This document shows positions 52,683-64,000 of a stretch of 64,000 bases of DNA, piece by piece. Within the stretch, counting starts at the first letter, position 1; the number at the start of each line of letters is the position of its first letter. The notes beneath the pieces were generated by a model. It was not told the origin of the DNA and did not search any database. It worked only from the letters and a program-made list of their open reading frames with translations. The DNA is from Laetmonice hystrix. Its lineage: Eukaryota. The DNA lies in NCBI GenBank assembly GCA_965235115.1, contig OZ249437.1:45260001-45324000 (forward strand), given 5' to 3'. Position numbers and translations under genes: made by a program.

Positions 52683-54502
52683 TGGTGTTGCTACGGCGCT
52701 TTCAGATGAATTATATTGATGTGACATCCACAACATCCTCGATTCCCAAAACGTAACTCCAGTATCTCTGCGTCTATATTTCCTCACGTCTGCTCAATAT
52801 TCCAACTGCATGCTTTGACTCTGGTAAATGATCAATATGACGCTCAGAACGCGCTGGGTTCTCCACCGATGCTGACCTCCTGGTAAGTGGCCCGTAAGTG
52901 ACCACGGTCCACCTGGCTCTTCACCGTCCGTTTCACCTCAGTAGTGCACTAGCTGACCTGCTGCCCCTTCCCTTTGTGACCCCATGGCGGGTCACGCTCC
53001 TCTATATGCGCGTGGCCGGACCGATCGCCAGCACACCCCCTGCCACGAGCCCGCCCATTGTCAGCGCGCGCCAACCTCAGTTTTCACCCCTAGAACTAAA
53101 CGCAAACAGAGCCACAGCATGGGGCCCTGCGTGGACTGACAGCAAACGGCAGCCACGCTTCACGGTTTATCGGGAAGCAAACTCCCGATGGCATTCGTGA
53201 CATTTCGATCATCTTGTTGACCTATACGGTCAATACGGGCATGAGCCGGTTTGGAGGTGCGAGCATATGTTAGCAAAGTTTGATCGGCCTATAGTTCGAG
53301 CAGCGGATCCTGCAGGCGGGAGGGCCGCAAGAGCGTGCGCCGTCACAGACATAGGCCTATTAGGCTATATCGAACAAAATAACAGATGTATATGAGTCGA
53401 GAGGATTATTTTTTGGAACATAGCCTAATTAGGTACATGTATATCAGCGCGTATCCACCAAATTTGTTTGGGAGGAGCTCAAAAACGGGATTTGTTAAGG
53501 CTGATTTTGACATGGGATATGGGGCCTATAGTCGGATTTTGATCGATTCTCAGCTGTCCCTGACGTTTTAAGGGGGGGGGGGGGGGGCAAGCCGGGTAAG
53601 CGCCTCACCCCGATCCGCGCCTGCATATGGCCGGTTAATCTCTGATTAGCAGGCCTATGCAGCACCGTGGCATGAATAATCTAGGCGTGATTCTCAATCA
53701 TGAACTGGCATGAAATCTTCTGAGGTTGGAATTGTACACACCTCCTTATCCACATCCTGCATGGGTGGCGGATTGTGAGGGGGCATGCACAGCCCCCCCC
53801 CCCCCGAAACTTTTCAAAAGCAGGGTCTCTCCATACTGAAAGTTGAGTCGAGCTGACCCTTGCCCACCCACACAGCTGTGCCCCCCCCCCCCCCCGAAAA
53901 AAAACACCGCTGAACATTGCCGATGATTCAAACTATATTTTTATACAGTTTTTGGTGTTGGGGAAAAACACAAGTAGGCTTAATATACGTACAAACGGAA
54001 GATTAGTACAGGGGTCAGCGTTCACGGGGCTATAAAAGAGTGCATGGGGGCAAAGAATAAGTCAGGGGCAAAGACGTATGTCATGGATCTTTATAGCATA
54101 TATAGCAATTGAACAACACTTAAACTGGGAGGGGGTAGATTTTTTTTGTTGGGGGGGGGGGCAAATAGCCCCCCTTGTCAGTTCCTGTGAACATCCTTAT
54201 AAGTGTATAGCGTTCAGATGTAGTTTGAGCGGCATGTGACACGGCTATACGACAGGTGACATCCAAGGGGATCACACCTCACTGGAACACATGTCCCAGG
54301 ATACTGATCTCATTCCCCGCAGTATGCGGGTCAGTGACGTCCAGTGGTTGAGACTTCCTACTGTCGGAAGAAACAACCCGATAGGTCCTCAATGTACGTG
54401 CTCAATGTCATTTACTTCAATTTCAATATTGGATTGGCTTCATTTCATGTTCCAAATCCTATTTTCCTCGAAATGTCATTTTGTCAAAAATCTTATAAAT
54501 TT

Positions 54503-54653
54503 CAGTGGCGTATCCAGGGTTTTTGTTGTTGCTGCAAGGACCCCCCCCCCCCCCCCCCGCACTGGCAACAACATAACATGCCGGACATTTGATCATTTGC
54601 AACGTTTGGAACCACCACCCCACCACCCTCAGCAAATTCTAGATACGCCACTG
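54503..54653. mobile_element. MITE with CAGTGGCGTATC termini and poly-C core
   Basis: CAGTGGCGTATCCAG ... CTAGATACGCCACTG: 15-bp TIR with 1 mismatch. No convincing TSD. Confidence 0.65.
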
Positions 54654-55726
54654 CATTTGTAAAATACTTCCGCAAACAGTTCGATGCACCGAGACTGATC
54701 GGACCAATATTAATTATTAATGCAGCCGATTCCTTTATAGAGGCCAAAGATAATAGGCTAGAGAGCGAGAGAGAGAGAGAGACAGAGCAGAGACAGAGGG
54801 GTAGCGGTCGTGTAACGATCAACATTTTTTAATCATGTTATGAACACCTAGTGATGCGACACTGTTGGAATATAGCCAAGTTTTCTTTATTGACGATACT
54901 TGACGTACCAAATAATAGTACGTCAAGTCATGCTTAACATACAAACAACTGTGTGCTTAAATCATACACTTGTCTACGTGATCCGCCAGGGAAATGTTTG
55001 TTTATATAAAATCAATAAACACCCGTCACAAAATTCAAAAGGACTTTAAGTAAATCAATGAATAACAAACAAAGGTCAATGGCACGATAAACATTAAAGG
55101 TAGAAGTTACCGTCCCTTTGGGAACACGAAATACGCTATACTATCATCAGATCCACCCTCAAAATATGGGTAGAAATAACCTCATGACACTTGAAATCTT
55201 AGGGAATGGCAAGGGCTATTCCGAGGATGGGAGTTACTGATATATCCTGGCTCGTTTAAGAGTCACGTACCTGGTTGATATCATGTTCGGGAAAACTTGT
55301 TTTGTTTTGTATTTTGATTTTCTTAACTATCAGTATGTCTAGTCTGATAATGGTTTGTGGCTGAGCCAAAAAGATGGCCTTAACTCATCAATAATATCTA
55401 ACTATTATTTGCTCCTTTTACTTAGGTTGGTGTAAATCTTAAGCTACCCTACCATCAATGATCAGTGCATGAAACTATTAGATAGAGTGTGATACATTTT
55501 AAGTGAGATAATCGTTCACATAATATATAACACTTCTGCATCCGACATGGAAAATTCAATCAATGGGCATTCAAAATGAACACTGCAAAGGTAATGAAAA
55601 CGTGTAATACCAATATTTAAATGCATATCATTATACCATGGATGAAGTAAGAGCGCAGTAACAAACAAGTAGGACTCCTTCCTTATATGCATCCTTATCA
55701 TCCGATGCCCCATTTCCTGACTTATA

Positions 55727-58700
55727 TCACGAAGAACGCCAAACTTCATACAGGCAATAGCTGTTTCTTGTGTTAAGGCTGGATACCGAGGGACGGTAAA
55801 AAAAAATAAACGAAATCTACAGCTTATATAATATAAGTATATCAAAATTGCTATTTTGGAATTTCAGACCTCAATATTGTATAAAGTAATTATAGTAATT
55901 ATGTTATGATCATGCAATGTTCTTGAAAACTTCTATCACAGTCACATACATAAAACTGATGGTTATAGTGTAACACTGTAATACTGTATTCTTCTGTGTA
56001 CATTGTATTGGTGTATGTCAAACGGTATCATCCCGATAGCCCCCCGCCCGCTAGCCCCCCATTTAGACAGGGCCGAAGGTGTGAGAAATCTGTGCCGCTA
56101 GCCCCCCGCTCGGCTGTTCCACTATCAAGCACTACCCCCTTCTGAGACTTGGGGTGGTCAGCGGTCAGGGATGGTAAGGGCAAAGAACTTGCATTGTAAT
56201 GTATAGTTCTTTGTTAAGGGATAACTAAAAGGCAAGCGACAAATAATTAGGGGGTGTTACTAGATATATAAATGACTGATTACGGGTGTTACGGAACTGA
56301 ATCTGTATTATGGCGTTAGTTAGAATCACAGTTATACATTCAACCACTGCCTTACTCAGTACCAGTAGTATTGTCCATCATATGGCCAACCGCCTTCATA
56401 TAGGACTCCATCATTCTGTGGCATATCATAGTCTAAGCCTAACTGGTGCAATCGGGAGTCAATACTCTTTCTTTTGGGGGCTGGCTGACCTGCCTGCATC
56501 GGCAGCATATGAACCGCCAAGTCCCGCCGTTGACCCGCCCCCCCCCCACCAACTCCGTCCACGCCTCAGTGGTGGTGGGGGGGGGGGTAGTGTTAGGGAG
56601 TAGAACAGCCGAGCGGGGGGCTACCGGCACAAATTTCTCACACCTTCGGCCTTGTCTAAACGGGGGGCTAGTGGGCGGGGGGCTAGCGGGGGTAATCCTG
56701 TCAAACTATGTTATACTCCCTTCTATGTGCACTGTGTATTGTGATATCTTCTTGTACTGAATTGTGTACGTCTTTGTTTGTGTGTGTACACAGTACTATG
56801 TGTCTGTAATAAAAAACAAAACAAAAAAAGGCATAGGCTTAGGTAAAAAAAAAATACTGATGGTTTCTTATGGATTCTGGATCTCAAATAGACAAGGATA
56901 CGTCTCATGGAATGATGGAACATACACATCTTTACGTTTGAATTCACACCCCAGCGTCTTCAGGTCAGATTCAAACCTCATACGATAATCAACAGCACTC
57001 AAGCAGTTACCCTGTAAACGAAAACAAAGTTTGTTTAATGTTATATATCTTATATACAGTGTGAAACAGTGCCAGAGTGGTCTCCAAGCCCGTAACGAAG
57101 ATGATTTAATGAGAAATGATTAAAACATTTATTTGACAACGTTTCAGACCAGTCATGGTCAGAGTTAATGTAACATTATAAACTGAGGAATGGAAGTCGG
57201 AGAAGGAAATGTTTGCGTTTTATGCAATATATTGTTTCACTTCATTACATAGCTGAGTTACCCATGGCCATGACAGATAAATATTTGAGGTATTCATCTC
57301 TTTACAGTAAAACTGAAGATTCCAAAGGCTCTAGGTCCAGGTCCGGGGTAGCCTTACTTACTCTTGCCAGCAGTTTACCACCAGGAAGAAGAGCTTTCAG
57401 CGACAGCTCTGTGATTAGACTTGTGGTCTCAAAGTCATAGCCATGACCTGAAAAACACAGACATTTCCAATATAATTTCACAAACAGTCAGGAGATCTTC
57501 ACTGAGCAGATATATTGGAAAGGCCAACAAAAATTCATATTTTTGTCTTCCACCACAGATCTGCCCTATTCCCGAATAAGGTATCAAATGGGAAAAAAGC
57601 TCTCAGAAACGAAAATTTAAAATTACACCTAATACTAATTTTATAGAATTGAAAATACTAACCTTGCAGCTCTTTGTCTACAGGAAACTCAGTGAGGTCA
57701 TTGATGACGTAATCATACAGTTTGCCGTTCTGGATATTCTGATCGAGAACCTTGACACAATCTCCTATGATAATCTTGTAATTAGGGCCTTCATATTTGT
57801 CCATTGCATCTCCACAAGCACTTCGCATGTGTATGCGACATGCCTTTATGACCTCTTCATCAATCTGTCAATAAAATATGTACATACAGGCTTTGTGATG
57901 AACATTAACAACCTCACTCGCTCCAAGTCAAAGATGAAGGCTCATACAACAGTGCTTCATCCTCCAAGTATGAAAGTTGCAATACATACAAAAAATCAGT
58001 GCTACTCAAATATACTACTTCACCCGCTTGCAGCTCTTACAGGCCTCAACATTAGCGCTAGCCAAATGGTAGCATTTTTAGTGCATGAAGGAGGAACGTG
58101 CAGACTCCTAATTCTCAGGCTAGTGGACCACTCCCTGAGGCCAATAACTTTCATCTTCAATAGCTCTGTTGGCCAGTTCATCAAACTGCTCAATGTGGAG
58201 GTCTGTCTTAGAATTATTGACAATAATCACGAACCTCAGCCATGGTGATAAACTTTGGGTTCTCCTTGAGTAGTTCGTGAATGATGCCCCCGTCACCTCC
58301 GCCTAATATGAGCACCTCTTTGTCCTTGTAGTCTATATGGCCAATACCACATACCGTTTGTGTATACACCAGATCACTTTCTCCAAGCACTGTCAAAGGC
58401 AAGAAAACAATTATATGTTGTTAATGAATTAATCCACTTTTTTAACTGCACTGCTACCCCGCGTACTGCAACAAAGGTCGAGAACCATTTTAGGAGGGTT
58501 ACCCTCTAAAACAGGTTACAAAGAGAAAAATAACCGGTGAACATTGCACTTACTGAGGTCGCCATCTAGGAAGAGAACATTGCCATGTTCCCGAGAGTGC
58601 ACAATACGGATGTTCTGCCACATAGAGTTCTTTTCAAACACGGTTTGATCATAATCGTTCTCCATCAGTCTCTCGTCTGCTGTCACTGCATATGGCCAGA

Positions 58701-59208
58701 TAGGCTGTCCACGGCGTATCGGGGCATATAAACTGAAACAGTCATACAATATTGTCAGGCTCTAACAGACACTGGCCAGGCCATTCCAAAAATAGAGCTA
58801 CAATTTTTGGACAAGTCCTAAACTTGCAGTTTGGATGCATCAAATTCACATAACTTATATACCCGATCAGTGCACTTATTCCTAATTTGCTAATATTTTT
58901 CTCAGATATTGCCATTGGATTCTCATTTTTGTTACTTTTACGTTCCCCATATCTAATTCCTGGTCAAATATCACAAATTACAGGAGGAGTGAACCAAAAC
59001 ACTACACAATACCGGTAAAGTTCCTCCTCATAATACTACTAGTAATGCACCCCTGATTTTTGATAAAGGGTTCTTCTCCTGAGTTCAGGTAGTCTCAATG
59101 TACCAATACAGGTAACAGAGCCATAACATGTAGAAAATCTTACCTGTTTGATTCATGGCAAATATTCCCGAGATGTTTCTTCAGCTTTGACTCCAATACT
59201 CTGATATA
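55727..59208 (-). CDS. SMS: Spermine synthase; 7 well-supported exons, 5' exons tentative
   Basis: Exons: 59208-59144, 58732-58554, 58389-58235, 57864-57663, 57447-57362, 57011-56902, 55760-55727 (TGA). Motifs: APIRRG, QNIRIVHSREHGNVLFLDGD, GESDLVY, VLILGGGDGG, YDYVINDLT, VYVPSFHETYCLYEVW. Tentative upstream exons 62454-62349 (phase 1-2) and 60917-60839 (phase 2-0) fit the phase pattern but with weak similarity. Start codon not found. Confidence 0.92.
55761..56901 (-). other. U12-type (minor spliceosome) GT-AG intron, last intron of SMS
   Basis: 5' site AC|GTATCCTTGT (U12 consensus RTATCCTT). Branch point GCCTTAAC lies ~11 nt before the acceptor CAG, with no polypyrimidine tract. Confidence 0.85.
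56024..56698. mobile_element. Non-autonomous DNA transposon, 675 bp, ~100-bp TIRs, 8-bp TSD (Merlin/hAT-like)
   Basis: TSD TGTCAAAC at 56016-56023 and 56699-56706. Arms TAGCCCCCCGCCCGCTAGCCCCCCATTTAGACAGGGCCGAAGGTGTGAGAAAT... are inverted at both ends; termini begin GG. Confidence 0.8.
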
Positions 59209-62200
59209 CTACAAAAACAATCCAAACACATTAAGATAACAATGACTTACCTACAAAATAAAGATTGAGTAGGGGTTCAATTATCAGATACTGTATTGTT
59301 ATATATCTGATGACATATATTATAATAAATACGACAAGGCTAGATCATCCCTCGTGTCTTCTCTCACCAACAACATCACATCACTCAGCTCCTGACTACA
59401 TGCCTTGTTCTACTGAGTTCAGTTATTTTCAGATTTTGTATGCTACATGTATAACAGAACTACCGTTAGTGAGAAAAGGTCCCCCATAAGTTCTAGGTGG
59501 TCACTCCAACCAGGTTTTTCTCTACATTTTTTTTCTACATGTGGCTGTTTGGTAATCATAATCATAAAGACTCCTTCTGTACACCAAACGAATCAAAGAT
59601 TATCGGTTATCGTCTGAGTACACTTCTTGAAGCTCTATTTCTTAATGCATCAGATCACAAGGACGGTAGAAAGACATTTCTTTCATTCATTTTTATGCAC
59701 ATTCAGAATGTGCTGTGTGCAAGTCCACAATAACCAGACACATCCTTACAAAAGTGATATTCACACCAGTCAAAACAATTTACGAAAATTTGAGTGATGT
59801 CTCTCGTGCTGCAAACTGAGATTCCATTGAAACAAAGGATCCTTTTATAAGATGGACGATCTAACAAAGTGAGATGTTGAATACACTGAGTGGATAGATT
59901 TTCATCAACATTAAGATATTACAGACAATACAGGATCATAGATTTTGATGAACATTGCTGACATGATGCCTCAATAAAGCTAAACGTGCTCTAAAAGGAC
60001 TAGCACTCAATAATTGGCCTGGATTGAGTCAGATATTTATTTCTTCATCAACTGAAACGTGTAAGGTTATTATGCTGCAAGTCTTCCGTATTTCTATTTG
60101 GGAGCGAGTTCTTATAACCCTATAAAAATGACTGTGCTTTAAGAAAAAAAAAATCAAAAGCAGCACTTTTGTATCATACAAGTATTCTGAAAATATAACA
60201 ATGGTAACAGTGCATACAATTAATATATACTATGCTTTCCCAGCCCCACTGAGATTATTTACCGTATGTAAAATTTAGTTTTGATACCTTCCTCTAACAT
60301 CCAGTTACATGAACTGAGAGTGGCTGTTCACAATGAGCCCCTGAAGTTTACTCCCTGGCAGGCACTCTCTTCCCCATCTACAGAAACAAAGTAAAACAAC
60401 TTAAAACAACTTCCAAGGGAACATAGTTCACAGAACTGAAATGGAAACAGAACAACGTAATACAAAATAACACTTACTTAGAAAAGCAGTATGTATCTGA
60501 AAATTCACTCAAAACAGTAAACGAATGCCAACGGGAATGTGGGATTATGTAAAACAGAGCAGCACAGCCAGACGTATTTTTATGTGCATATGTATGGCTG
60601 TATGCATATAAACGGAGTGCATAGCCAAACATATGCATTCACGCACACACATGTATACAAACCAATTTATCGATGGAGCAGTTAAGGCAAACATATGTCT
60701 CCAATACGGAGGGCCCTTCACTACTTGGTCCACAAACTGCCAATGGCCATTAGTTTCTTAAACTGGCAAAGACATTTTCAAAAGGTGGATAGTTTGGGGG
60801 AATAAGACATCAAGATTTCTTCCAACAAGAGCACATACGTTGGCTACCAGGGTTGAATACACATTTACAGCACGTGTAGGAATCCAAATCATGGAAAGTG
60901 TCCCAGTATGAAAACCTCTGAAAAATGGTGCTAGACAAGTTATTCTTTGTGTCAAACTGATTTCGTGCCATTCAACACCATCGTGATGCGTTCATTCATG
61001 GAAGAGAACCTAGCCAGGAGAAAGTCATAATGCCACAACACCACAAATTACGTTTTTCCTCATGGATTAATAGAGGCACAACACTTCAATACCAATCAAG
61101 ATGCGCATAGAAACGGTCTAAGAGGCAGTGATACTCATGGACACACAATTCGTAATTGTATCATACTATGTGGACCTGTATTATATGTATATGTGCATAT
61201 GTATTGATGTACCGTATGCATACAAAGGATTGAGGGTGCATAGTCATGTATACATACAATGATACATGCACATATCAATATGCATAGAGCATTGTAGCAG
61301 ATCCGTTAGTCGTTACTAGCAAATATAGGTCCCCACTACATGGGGTGTACAGGGACTCGCAACAAATTTATTTAAGAGTTTCCAATCCTGAAACTGCCCT
61401 CATGTGGGCTTCCCCAAATTTGTTTTCTCCGAAACTGGTGACCTTACACCATAATATGCACATGTATACATGTGTATGTCTGGTGTATGACTAATTGTCT
61501 ATAGTTGTGTGTCTATATTATGTGTTTTGTGCACGTATAAGTAGCAACGAGAGGTCATTTTTTTCCTTTGTTAATTTTGTTGGTTTCTTTATTACCTCAC
61601 CTGGGCAATACAGTAGGATTCTTATACTTTTTGAATTTTGAGAAAATAGGCACAAATAATAAAGTTACGGCCATCAATGTGACTTTCTTTTTAAATGGAA
61701 ACTGGTCGGTAAAACAGGGGGGAATAAAGGCCCATCTCATGGACCCTTCATCTTCTCATTTTGGGCTGCACCCAGGTTCATTTTGGCTGACTTTTCAATG
61801 CAAATGGAAAACTTGTCACTGTATCCCAGAAAAATCCCAGAAAAAATTGAGTGCTGGGCGGTAGTATTGCACTAGTACCAAAGGCGCAAGGTTTTCAGTT
61901 GGCAAGGGGGGTGGGTGGGGGGGCCATTTTAGCCGACATTTTTCCAACCACTAAGTACTGTGAAAGGTGAGTATACATGGAGGCCTTGCACATGGTGGTC
62001 CAAATGTGATTTTCGACAAGCCTTTGCCTTTAACTGGCATAAATCTAGGAATTGTCTCTTCCCTATACACTGTCGTTCTAGCCTATTTAAAAAGCTAACA
62101 TCTAATAATACCCTTGATAATGGAAAGGTAGGAAGCCAACCGACCTACACAGTAACAAGTTTTACTTAGGGGTCAAGCAAGGTTCTATTTAAAAGAAATC

Positions 62201-64000
62201 CTGTCCCTTTAACAGTTCAAAAATAATAGAAACTGTAAAGATATCAAAAGACCCTTTCAGCATGTATTTCAAACGAATTCTGATGTTCTTCCTTTATTAC
62301 AGCACACCCCTGGGGCATATAACCAGCGCGTGTGGGCGGGGTACTTACCGGGTATTTAGGTACCAACCATTTGCACAAGTACTGCTATTCATATCCATGT
62401 ATCTGGTTTCAAAGCACTGCCTTTTCAATTTTACACAAGTTTCCCCCTTTAATTCTGATTCAAAAGTTTGTCAAGATTCCAACATTTCCCCCATACGGAC
62501 GGTAAGAAAATATCACATGGGTAGTAGAGTCTAGTACTGCATACAAGCATGCTGCCTGTTTGCGGCCTTGACTACTGGGTGCTTGCACATTTAGAAGTAA
62601 AGACAAGGACTACTTATAGTATCTAGTAGGAGGAAATTCCTGGGGTTTTAACTTGGTAAACAAAAAAGCTCATGCTAGGTATGAGAAACAAGAGAACTGA
62701 GGCAAGGCCTAGATCCTTTACCTCTTCAGAGAGCTGCAGCTTGCGATTCCCAACAGCATACAGCCGTTTCACATGCATGTCCTGGACAAAGGGGATAAAG
62801 TATTTTATGATATATGATTATATCAGGGAATTTTAATGACATGAATACTTGTTACACCTACAAAATTCTTATACTTTTGACCATCATGGGGCAAAGTTCC
62901 TGTGCTGTGCAAAGTAAAGTTACTTTACATGTACTTTGAATTGCATTTACTTTATTTTCAGAAACTTTAAGGTTTTCAGAATGGGTCTGAAGGTAATATT
63001 AACAGCAAGACCTATAATTCCCACGATGCTCACAAATATATATGGAAAATCTTTCTCCCTGATAACTACTTTGCTGATGTATACCACCTGAAATTAGACC
63101 CCCAGAAGTGTGGATGGAAGTGTAAGGATGAAGCTTCAAGCAGTTAAGCCAAAACTGTGGTTGTGTATTACTAAATATATTAGTTAAATAACGGCCTGAA
63201 GGGAACACAAGTCACAATGGCAATGCTTTGCCAGGAGACTTTACTGCTGACCGGCCTCTCAGACAAAAAGCAGCACTTAAGATTTAACTTTTTAAACATT
63301 TCTGTCTTCCTTTTTTTTGCTTCTAAATTAAAGTTGTCTCTTTCAAGGATTTTAGGCTACAATTCGTTTTATACTACTCAATTTTTGTTATTAATTAAAA
63401 ATATGAAGAACTGGGGTTTAAACATTCTTTCACATGTATTAATTGCCTTCTTGTTCATCAATTTGTAAATATTACTGAATCGGTTCCTTTAATGAGATAC
63501 TTCGTCTTGTTTTGAATGACTTTCAAGACCAACCTACCTCCACCTAATGAGACACTCCATCCCACAAATAATCTATTCCTTTCAAGTCTTTTAATTTTAC
63601 AATAAACTTCCAAATTTCATGGTTCTCAATCTAACATCAATTGGTGATTTTGTAAGCACCTTTTTCAGAGTGTTAACAATAACAAAGGGCTAGATAATCA
63701 GATAAATATCTTGAAAATCAAAAATTTCTATAAACATCACTTGTCTTCAGGCCACGACATATTAAAAGTATACGTGTAAATAATTACGACTTGTCCAAAA
63801 AACAAAATTTAGACATTGCTGATAAGAGTGTCTTTTTTTTTTTTTCTCGCTCATTATATGTCTTAACAAAATAGGAAGATAAACTTGACTATTGCTGATA
63901 GTGATATAACAGATTTCCATGGAATTTGGAACCCTGCTACCCTTGCATACTATGCTATTACTCTCACTCAAAAACGATTTTAATGTGTGCACTCCAAGCA

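Noticed and set aside
52938-52995. Strong-context upstream ATG (15-aa uORF) in a 7-bp hairpin loop 5' of EGF-CFC
   Set aside because: The TSS is unknown and the ATG may lie outside the transcript; the hairpin is short enough to be chance.
57649-58248. 199-aa plus-strand ORF
   Set aside because: Antisense shadow of SMS exons and intron; no independent coding signal.

Overview
AT-rich, intron-dense animal genomic DNA, probably from a non-vertebrate marine invertebrate (inference). It carries seven spliced genes assembled by hand from GT/AG boundaries and recalled homologue sequences. In order: GLDC (+, 5' exons not found), nardilysin NRDC (-), an unnamed EF-hand / charged-helix / dynein-MTBD-like gene (+), DBT (-), RTCA (+), an EGF-CFC (Cripto/oep-like) gene (-) and spermine synthase SMS (-, 5' end tentative). 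There is also a candidate small gene nested antisense in the EGF-CFC gene, about a dozen MITE-like elements and several tandem repeats. Main observations: (1) a non-motor protein ending in a stand-alone dynein microtubule-binding-domain-like fold; (2) a 10-copy tandem array of a GLDC splice acceptor plus exon start, in which only the last copy gives protein; (3) an EGF-CFC lacking the conserved GG-T-C Thr and Cys; (4) a nardilysin whose acidic tract is C-terminal rather than N-terminal; (5) a U12-type SMS intron holding a transposon. No database searches were run, so homology calls rest on recalled motifs.
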